A DNA stretch of 13,740 nt. Origin: Dubosiella newyorkensis (GTDB taxonomy: Bacteria; Bacillota_I; Bacilli_A; Erysipelotrichales; Erysipelotrichaceae). The notes under the pieces are model-generated. The model saw nothing but the letters and a program-made list of their open reading frames with translations. It had not been told where the DNA came from and ran no database searches. Shown here one piece after another: positions 7,049 through 12,598 of the stretch (positions are counted from its first letter, which is position 1; each line of letters begins with the position of its first letter). Position numbers and translations under genes: made by a program. The stretch lies in NCBI RefSeq assembly GCF_001945605.1, contig NZ_MPKA01000095.1:1-13740 (forward strand), in the 5' to 3' direction.

Positions 7049-7767
7049 AGTTCACTATACCGGATGCTCTTTCCTTGTTTTCTAAAATAGGTTTGGACTT
7101 CTTGATCGAGCAAGAAGGCGTGATCTGTACATCTTAGCTTCGTAAGCGAGGAAAGGCGGAATACATCTTGATCTAAGAAGCCTGGATGAAAGATCAGAAG
7201 GGTGGTTTCTTCTTTTGGCCATTGTTCTTGTTCTAGCCAAGTAGAAAAGGGCTCTTTCCTTTCATAGAATAGTGCTCGATCGCTTGTTGCCTTTTCTTTT
7301 TTAAAGTGAAGCTTGCATACGACATTGTATTCTTCCGCTACTTTTTGAAGGGCTTTTTCGATCGAGGGTGTTAAGAAAACATGATAATCGATATAGTCTG
7401 GTTTTTTGCCGACGAGCTGGATGAAGGCTTCCATTTGCGCGCGGGCTTCTTGATCCACATCTTCTTCGCGAAAAGGATCACTCTCTTTTTGCATCCTATC
7501 TCGATAATAAGAAGAAGAGAAGAAATTGCCACTTGGATCCGTTAATGTCGATGGATTTGGCGAGGTGGCTTTTCCTAGGCAAAGATTAAAGTGAAGGCCA
7601 AGATCGATCGGATAAGAAAGCAGTTGATGTACATCTTTTTTAAGTTGCGGCATATTCACGAGTAGACTTACATTTTTAATGATAGAGGAAGCAAGAGAAT
7701 CGAGCAATCCTAGATCATAGGCTTTGGAGAGTCCAAAATCGTCGGCTCTGCAAATAAATGTTTCCAT
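7045..7767 (-). CDS. YdjC/ChbG-family carbohydrate deacetylase
   Basis: 240 aa with N-terminal CRADDFGLSKAYDLGLLD (the family's ADDFG motif) and LGLHFNL / IDYHVFL histidines. SD GGAAAGGAG precedes the ATG. Confidence 0.75.
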   Translation of the reverse strand: METFICRADDFGLSKAYDLGLLDSLASSIIKNVSLLVNMPQLKKDVHQLLSYPIDLGLHFNLCLGKATSPNPSTLTDPSGNFFSSSYYRDRMQKESDPFREEDVDQEARAQMEAFIQLVGKKPDYIDYHVFLTPSIEKALQKVAEEYNVVCKLHFKKEKATSDRALFYERKEPFSTWLEQEQWPKEETTLLIFHPGFLDQDVFRLSSLTKLRCTDHAFLLDQEVQTYFRKQGKSIRYSEL

Positions 7768-7783
7768 TAGGGCTCCTTTCCAA

Positions 7784-7815
7784 TAAAAAAAAGACTTTGT
7801 CGTTTGACAAAGTCT
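7784..7815 (-). terminator. Rho-independent terminator after rplL
   Basis: On the minus strand, AGACTTTGTC-aaac-GACAAAGTCT (10-bp perfect stem, 7815-7792) is followed by TTTTTTTT. Confidence 0.85.
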
Positions 7816-7831
7816 ATTTTACAAAGTGAAA

Positions 7832-8200
7832 TTACTTAATTTCAACAGTTGCGCCAGCACCCATCAATTTTTCTTTGATTTGGTCAGCTTCTTCTGGCGC
7901 GATGTTTTCTTTGATGACTGCTGGTGCAGAGTCAACAAGTTTCTTCGCGTCTACCAATCCAAGACCAGTGATTTCACGTACGGCCTTGATTACGGCAACT
8001 TTTGTTCCACCTACAGAAGTAAGAGTTACTGTTACTTCGCTAGGTCCTGCTGCTTCTTCTGCAGCGGCTGCTGGTGCTGCTACGGCAGCTGCGGCAACAA
8101 CACCGAATTTGTCTTCGATTGCTGTTACTAAATCATTAAGTTCTAAAATTGTAGCTTCTTCTAAGTAAGCAAGAATATCGTCTTGAGTTAATTTAGCCAT
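7832..8200 (-). CDS. rplL: 50S ribosomal protein L7/L12
   Basis: 122 aa: ...[19 protein letters not shown], an Ala-rich hinge, then [17 protein letters not shown]...[33 protein letters not shown]. Confidence 0.97.
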   Translation of the reverse strand: MAKLTQDDILAYLEEATILELNDLVTAIEDKFGVVAAAAVAAPAAAAEEAAGPSEVTVTLTSVGGTKVAVIKAVREITGLGLVDAKKLVDSAPAVIKENIAPEEADQIKEKLMGAGATVEIK

Positions 8201-8224
8201 TGTTCTTTTCCTCCTAAAATATTG

Positions 8225-8761
8225 TTACGCGGCAGCTTCTGCAGCTGCTTCTTCTTGAGCTGGTGCGCTTCCATTTTCTTTGGCTTCTGCCAATGCTTTG
8301 ATCGTCATCGCGAACTTGATGACTGGAGCGTTCAATACGGAAGCGAATTTTGCCAACATACCTTCTTTGTTTGGTAATGCGGACAACTTCTTGATCGTTT
8401 CTTCATCGACAACATCGCCGTCGACAATTCCAGTTTTCAATACCAGTTTATCATGTTCTTTCGCGAATTTTGCTAAAACACGAGCTGGAGCTACTGGATC
8501 TTTACCAAATGCCAAGGCGTTTGGTCCTTTTAATGTTTCTGCGAACTTGCTGTATCCTAAATTTTCGGAAGCACGACGCGCTGTGGTGTTTTTGTAAACT
8601 TTGAAGTCTACATCTTCATCACGAAGTGCACGGCGGAGTTCGGTCAATTCTTTTACAGTCAATCCACGATATTCTACGAGGACAACTGAGCTTGCATTTT
8701 CCATTTTTTCCGTAAGTGCTTTGACTTCGGCTTCCTTCTGAGCGAGGACATCTTTGTTCAT
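8225..8761 (-). CDS. rplJ: 50S ribosomal protein L10
   Basis: MNKDVLAQKEAEVKALTEKMENASSVVLVEYRGLTVKELTELRRALRDEDVDFKVYKNT... The 8770 start in the track is a GTG inside the SD (GAGGTGGA). The ATG at 8761 is preferred. Confidence 0.95.
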   Translation of the reverse strand: MNKDVLAQKEAEVKALTEKMENASSVVLVEYRGLTVKELTELRRALRDEDVDFKVYKNTTARRASENLGYSKFAETLKGPNALAFGKDPVAPARVLAKFAKEHDKLVLKTGIVDGDVVDEETIKKLSALPNKEGMLAKFASVLNAPVIKFAMTIKALAEAKENGSAPAQEEAAAEAAA

Positions 8762-8770
8762 GCAATCCAC

Positions 8771-8907
8771 CTCTTCTTTCTATATATCGTTACAATATTC
8801 AAAAGAAAAGCCTGCATGAGCAGGCATACATAAAAAGCTTAGGAATGTATAACCCCTCGGTAACTTGATTAAGCTTGCGCCGTTACTGTCTTTGGAATAT
8901 TGATAAC
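8771..8907 (-). promoter_or_regulatory. rplJ 5' leader (candidate L10-leader autoregulatory RNA)
   Basis: The untranslated leader is about 140 nt. It has a 7-bp AAGCTTA/TAAGCTT stem enclosing about 28 nt, followed by a terminator-like hairpin. Its position upstream of rplJ matches the Bacillota L10 leader. Confidence 0.6.
8800..8825 (-). terminator. Attenuator terminator inside the rplJ leader
   Basis: On the minus strand, GCCTGC-tcat-GCAGGC is followed by TTTTCTTTT, about 40 nt before the rplJ SD. Confidence 0.6.
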
Positions 8908-8913
8908 AATCTT

Positions 8914-8941
8914 ATATTACTGGTTTTATTGAGTTTGTCAA
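8914..8941 (-). promoter_or_regulatory. Internal sigma-A promoter for rplJ-rplL
   Basis: Minus strand TTGACA (8941-8936), 16 nt spacer, TAATAT (8919-8914), starting 1 nt after the rplA stop codon. Confidence 0.7.
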
Positions 8942-8942
8942 A

Positions 8943-9629
8943 TTATTTTTGACGTTCAACATGGATTCCAGGACCCATTGTTGTTGAAAGGACAAGGTTC
9001 TTGATATATGTACCTTTAACTTTTGTAGGACGCGCTTTAGCGATCGTACGATAAATAGCCATGAAGTTTTCAACGAGCTTGTCTTCATCGAAGCTGATCT
9101 TTCCGATCAACACGTTGATGTTTCCTTCTTTGTCGACACGGTATGTGATCTTCCCTTTTTTAACTTCGTTGACAGCATTAGCGATATCCATCGTTACTGT
9201 TCCTGTCTTAGGGTTAGGCATCAACCCTTTTGGTCCTAAGATACGCCCAAGACGTCCAAGTTTTCCCATCATGTTTGGAGTCGCGATCAAAACATCGAAA
9301 TCAAACCATCCACCTTGGATCTTTTGGATCAATTCATCCGATCCAACGAAATCTGCTCCGGCTTCTTCGGCTTCTTTTGCTTTATCGCCTTCCGCAACTA
9401 CGGCTACTTTTTGAGTTTTTCCTGTTCCGTTTGGAAGAACCATTGCGCCACGGATCTGTTGGTCCGCGTGACGTGGATCTACGTTCAAATTGAAGCTAAC
9501 TTCAACTGTTTCATCGAATTTTGCGCTTGCGGTTTTTTTCGCAAGAGCGACTGCTTCTTCAATCGTATAGAATTTGTCACGATCCACGAGCTTTTCAGCT
9601 TCTTTAAATCTTTTACTTACTTTTGCCAT
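8943..9629 (-). CDS. rplA: 50S ribosomal protein L1
   Basis: 228 aa: [11 protein letters not shown]...[34 protein letters not shown]...[31 protein letters not shown]. Confidence 0.97.
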   Translation of the reverse strand: MAKVSKRFKEAEKLVDRDKFYTIEEAVALAKKTASAKFDETVEVSFNLNVDPRHADQQIRGAMVLPNGTGKTQKVAVVAEGDKAKEAEEAGADFVGSDELIQKIQGGWFDFDVLIATPNMMGKLGRLGRILGPKGLMPNPKTGTVTMDIANAVNEVKKGKITYRVDKEGNINVLIGKISFDEDKLVENFMAIYRTIAKARPTKVKGTYIKNLVLSTTMGPGIHVERQK

Positions 9630-9640
9630 GTTCCGTCTCC

Positions 9641-10060
9641 TTATTCCATACCTTCTACTTTGATACCCATATTTTTTGCAGTACCGGCAACGATTTTCAT
9701 CGCCGCATCGATATCATTCGCATTCAAATCTGGCATCTTATATTCAGCGATCTCACGCAATTGATCCATCGTGATCTTTCCTGCTGTTTGTTTTTGGTCA
9801 CCGCTCGCTTTTGAGATTCCAGCCGCTTTCTTCAACAAGTTGGCTGCTGGTGTCGTTTTCAATACGAAATCGAACGACTTGTCCTCATACGCTGTGATGA
9901 TAACAGGGACGATATCTCCTTTGCGATCTTTTGTCGCATCGTTAAACGCGTTACAGAATTGTGGCATGTTGATTCCAGCACTTGCCAAAGCAGGTCCTGG
10001 TTTTGCTCCTCCAGCCATGAACTGCAACTTACAAACTTTTGTTACTTTTTTCTTGCTCAT
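9641..10060 (-). CDS. rplK: 50S ribosomal protein L11
   Basis: [41 protein letters not shown]... The ATG at 10060 is preceded by GGAGGTG. The 10069 start in the track is a GTG inside that SD. Confidence 0.95.
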   Translation of the reverse strand: MSKKKVTKVCKLQFMAGGAKPGPALASAGINMPQFCNAFNDATKDRKGDIVPVIITAYEDKSFDFVLKTTPAANLLKKAAGISKASGDQKQTAGKITMDQLREIAEYKMPDLNANDIDAAMKIVAGTAKNMGIKVEGME

Positions 10061-10130
10061 AAGACGCACCTCCTATATTTTGGTCTTATGCAGTGGTTTA
10101 CGAACTGTGTTCTCCCACGCATGCTTTTAT

Positions 10131-10159
10131 ATAATAGACTAAAAAAAGATGGATTACAA
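10131..10159 (-). promoter_or_regulatory. Sigma-A promoter for rplK-rplA
   Basis: Minus strand TTGTAA (10159-10154), 17 nt spacer, TATTAT (10136-10131). The -35 hexamer lies in the loop of the upstream terminator. The leader of about 60 nt contains an ATGCGTGG/CCAC(T)GCAT stem. Confidence 0.6.
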
Positions 10160-10168
10160 GTCCATCTT
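10141..10168 (-). terminator. Rho-independent terminator after the Sel1-repeat gene
   Basis: On the minus strand, AAGATGGA-cttgtaa-TCCATCTT (8-bp stem) is followed by TTTTT, starting immediately after the TAA stop. Confidence 0.75.
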
Positions 10169-10666
10169 TTAATTCCTTGTTTTTGATTCCATTTTTTGGA
10201 TCATTGTTTCATGCTTTAAAACAGTTTCGGCATCGATTCCCGCCTTTTTTGCTTTTTCGTTCCAAAATTTTGCTTGTTCAAGATTGCGAGATGTCCCTTG
10301 GGCCATCAAATACATCATCGACAAGGGGTCGTACGCTTTTGGATAACCGCCTAATGCTGCTTTATTCATGAAATAATACGCTTGTTCTCGATTGACTTCT
10401 TTAACGGAGGGGTCCAAAGAAAGTTGAGCCAGGATATACATACTTTCCAAATCTAAATTGAGAGCCGCTAAGCGAGCATAGATGTAAGCTTCTTTTTTGT
10501 CCAGATACTCTTGGCTCAAATACAGATCGACGAGTTCTTTTTGGTTTTCGAGATCCCCCCAATTGGCAGCTTGCTTCATAAGAGGAAGTGCTTCCAACAC
10601 GCGCCCCTCATTTTTCAGTTGCTCGATCTCTTTTTTCAGGTCATTGATTAATTGTTCTTGTGCCAT
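10169..10666 (-). CDS. Sel1-like repeat (SLR/TPR-type) protein with no signal peptide
   Basis: Repeats such as AYYFMNKAALGGYPKAYDPLSMMYLMAQGTSRNLEQAKFWNEKAKKAG fit the SLR consensus. The ATG at 10666 lies 2 nt after the upstream TGA. The TTG at 10690 in the track is an alternative start. Confidence 0.75.
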   Translation of the reverse strand: MAQEQLINDLKKEIEQLKNEGRVLEALPLMKQAANWGDLENQKELVDLYLSQEYLDKKEAYIYARLAALNLDLESMYILAQLSLDPSVKEVNREQAYYFMNKAALGGYPKAYDPLSMMYLMAQGTSRNLEQAKFWNEKAKKAGIDAETVLKHETMIQKMESKTRN

Positions 10667-10668
10667 AC

Positions 10669-11091
10669 TCAGTCCCAGATCTCTTCCCAATAGTGATCGT
10701 GATCAAATCGATCGTTGTATTCATCGAGTGGATACCACTCATCATCATCGTATGTATCATAGGTATTCAAATACGATCCAAATTGATAGAGCGCTCCATG
10801 AAGGCTGCTTCCAAATGCATAGATACCGATGATCGCACAGCAAATGCCCGCGCACAATAGAGCGATCATTTTTTTAGAGTGATCAAAATCTTTCCAAGCT
10901 AAAATGCTTGCAACGATCGCGAGCGCGGTCGCGATAATGGTCGGGATAAAACCAAGCCATGTCGATAAAAGGATCAAAAAGAGCGATAGTCCGATACAGA
11001 TCAAGGATACGATCCATAATTTGCTTTCTGTTTGTATTACGATTGGTTTTGGTTGTTCTTCTGGGATCGTTGGGATCTTAGGTTGTTCCAT
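10669..11091 (-). CDS. Small membrane protein (3 predicted TM helices) with an acidic, Trp/Tyr-rich C-terminal tail. Function unknown.
   Basis: The ATG at 11091 is preceded by AGAGGTGAAG. It has a Pro-rich N-terminus MEQPKIPTIPEEQPKP and three hydrophobic segments. The tail is NTYDTYDDDEWYPLDEYNDRFDHDHYWEEIWD. Confidence 0.6.
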   Translation of the reverse strand: MEQPKIPTIPEEQPKPIVIQTESKLWIVSLICIGLSLFLILLSTWLGFIPTIIATALAIVASILAWKDFDHSKKMIALLCAGICCAIIGIYAFGSSLHGALYQFGSYLNTYDTYDDDEWYPLDEYNDRFDHDHYWEEIWD

Positions 11092-11111
11092 ATTCTTCAC
11101 CTCTATAAAAA

Positions 11112-11140
11112 AGTATACCACTTGCTTTGTTGGATTGCAT
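11112..11140 (-). promoter_or_regulatory. Candidate extended -10 promoter for the membrane-protein/Sel1 pair
   Basis: Minus strand TGgTATACT (11120-11112) with a weak -35 ATGCAA (11140-11135, 17 nt spacer). Confidence 0.45.
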
Positions 11141-11163
11141 TCGTCTCACCTTACTAGGATCCG

Positions 11164-11172
11164 TGCTATGAT
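11164..11172 (+). promoter_or_regulatory. Candidate extended -10 promoter (TGcTATGAT) for the kinase gene, placed so the mRNA would be leaderless
   Basis: TG at 11164-11165 and TATGAT at 11167-11172. Only 6 nt separate it from the ATG at 11179, and there is no SD in that gap. Confidence 0.4.
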
Positions 11173-11178
11173 AGAAGC

Positions 11179-12003
11179 ATGGATAAACTAGAAGTCAAAC
11201 AGTATTTAGAGAACATTTTTCATCAAGAGATCCAATTGTACAGAACCGATAAAGGGATAAGCAATGTATCGTATTTAATGCGCATGGATGATCAAACGTA
11301 TATGGTCCGGGTTCCTAAAAAAGAGCACGGTTTGCTTCGTGTCGATTTTAAAAACGAATATGAGGTGCTTCAAAAAGTCAAGGCACTCGATGTTCCGCTT
11401 GTAGGGATGGATATTCATAAGGGAATCAAAGTAACAAAGTATATCGAGGGTGTGCATGAATTTTCAGAAGCGAAAGGTTCAACAAAGTACGAACAAACGG
11501 GCAAGATGTTAAAAACGCTTCATTGTCTGGATGGGGTCGATTTTTATTTTGATCCATTTAAAAAGCTGTCTGAATATCGAAGTCAAGTCAAAGAGCGGAT
11601 CGTTTTCTTTGAGGAGGAAGAGAAGATCATCGAGGCGGTCTTCTTGATCTATCGTCCTGATACTTTGTGCCATAACGATGTCGTTTCTGGCAATCTTCTC
11701 TTTTCGAATTGCCGTTCCTATTTGATCGATTATGAATATGCGGCCATGAACGATTTTCGGTTCGATCTTGCGAGTTTCTTTTCTGAAAACCAAATTGAAG
11801 ACGAACGTTCTCGTCAACTATTTTATATAGGGTATGGGATCGAGTCTTCGATCGATCCAGAGATTCGTTTATTTGAATGTTTTGAAGATATATTATGGGG
11901 ATATTGGGCCAATATGCTGTATGATCATTCAAAAGAAGAGATCTATCGAATCATTGCTAAGGAGAAAGAAGCGCACTTTCAAAGAACCAAAGCGATGATT
12001 TAA
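11179..12003 (+). CDS. Choline/ethanolamine-kinase-family phosphotransferase (LicA-like)
   Basis: 274 aa with Brenner motif LCHNDVVSGNLLF and choline-kinase motif YLIDYEYAAMNDFRFDLASFF. The N-terminal nucleotide loop is KGISNVSYLM. Confidence 0.8.
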   Translation: MDKLEVKQYLENIFHQEIQLYRTDKGISNVSYLMRMDDQTYMVRVPKKEHGLLRVDFKNEYEVLQKVKALDVPLVGMDIHKGIKVTKYIEGVHEFSEAKGSTKYEQTGKMLKTLHCLDGVDFYFDPFKKLSEYRSQVKERIVFFEEEEKIIEAVFLIYRPDTLCHNDVVSGNLLFSNCRSYLIDYEYAAMNDFRFDLASFFSENQIEDERSRQLFYIGYGIESSIDPEIRLFECFEDILWGYWANMLYDHSKEEIYRIIAKEKEAHFQRTKAMI

Positions 12004-12011
12004 TGATTCTA

Positions 12012-12036
12012 GAGAGCATTGGGCTCTCGTTTTTTA
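12012..12036 (+). terminator. Rho-independent terminator after the kinase gene
   Basis: GAGAGC-attgg-GCTCTC is followed by GTTTTTTATTT, 9 nt after the TAA stop. Confidence 0.7.
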
Positions 12037-12104
12037 TTTCAAAATCCGGTCTTATGTACGATAAGAACGATGAAGTGCAATAATTCAAAGAACTTCGATA
12101 GCAT

Positions 12105-12338
12105 TCAAGTTTGACAGAACATTAATCCTCTAAACGAGGGATACCGCAAATGATCTTGACCACTGCCGCGCCAGTGTCTTCTTTCCTTTTCCAGTATTTG
12201 AAATTGTTCTGCAGACTGAAAGTTGCTGCCTCTCACACCATCTTGATCGCGAAGGACCTCGCCTTCGCAGAACGCAAAATAATTGTCGATCAGCCCAGTG
12301 ATCTAATCCTTGCTTGTGTATTTTGGTATGGCGCTCAC
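12105..12338 (-). pseudogene. Phage small-terminase-like (TerS) gene remnant with an in-frame TAG and an apparent internal deletion
   Basis: SD GGAAAGGAGG lies 7 nt before the GTG at 12338. The frame reads M-SAIPKYTSKD-(TAG at 12305-12303)-ITGLIDNYFAFCEGEVLRDQDGVRGSNFQSAEQFQILEKE... The PKY...IDxYFxxCxGxxLxDxDG pattern matches my recollection of Bacillota phage small terminase N-termini. The expected HTH segment is missing. Confidence 0.4.
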
Positions 12339-12384
12339 ACTGCCGCCTCCTTTCCTTCACGAATAGTCGGGTATATGATGACAC

Positions 12385-12413
12385 GAAAAAAGCGCCCTGA
12401 TTTCTCAAGACGC
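12385..12413 (-). terminator. Weak terminator-like hairpin between the 131-aa gene region and the terS remnant
   Basis: On the minus strand, GCGTC-(12 nt)-GGCGC (5 bp including one G-U) is followed by TTTTTT. Confidence 0.3.
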
Positions 12414-12498
12414 TTCATCCCATCAAGAAGTTAACCCGCTTTCAGGATTTCTTTTTGCGGTTCCCGCAAATATGCTTTATACATCACAATCTTCTCTT

Positions 12499-12598
12499 TG
12501 GTAAGAACAGGCAACCGGAATTGAACCGATGGCTCCGCAGTGGATCAAAAGACCCATACATCACAGCGTTCTGCCAGCCTGAACTATTTTCTGTTCTT
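12499..12598 (-). other. tRNA-like minihelix with a canonical T-loop and a 3' ACCA. It is not a canonical cloverleaf.
   Basis: On the minus strand, AAGAACAG (12598-12591) pairs perfectly with CTGTTCTT (12510-12503). The latter is directly preceded by GCCATCGG-TTCAATT-CCGGTTGC (a GGTTCAATTCC T-loop consensus in an 8-bp stem with one mismatch) and followed by ACCA. Confidence 0.25.

Noticed and set aside
7782-7810. Promoter-like TTGTCA-17-TTTATT embedded in the rplL terminator
   Set aside because: The predicted transcription start would fall inside the SD of the downstream deacetylase gene, and the -10 is poor. I kept it only as an argument for terminator read-through.
7826-10186. Plus-strand ORFs across the ribosomal protein genes (7826-8131, 7875-8168, 8280-8597, 9061-9414, 9230-9493, 9315-9764, 9623-9814, 9771-10142, 9959-10186)
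   Set aside because: They are antisense shadows of unmistakable rplL, rplJ, rplA and rplK coding sequence.
12130-12434. Overlapping ORFs 12130-12408 (-, 92 aa, Arg/Cys-rich) and 12150-12434 (+, 94 aa)
   Set aside because: Neither has an SD or recognisable motifs. The third reading (minus strand, GTG at 12338 behind GGAAAGGAGG) gives a small-terminase-like N-terminus, so these are most likely shadow frames over a pseudogene.
12454-12470. Hairpin TTTGCGG-ttc-CCGCAAA between the tRNA-like element and the terS remnant
   Set aside because: The 7-bp stem is clear, but no T-tract follows on either strand and I could tie no function to it. It may be a remnant of a phage regulatory or pac region.
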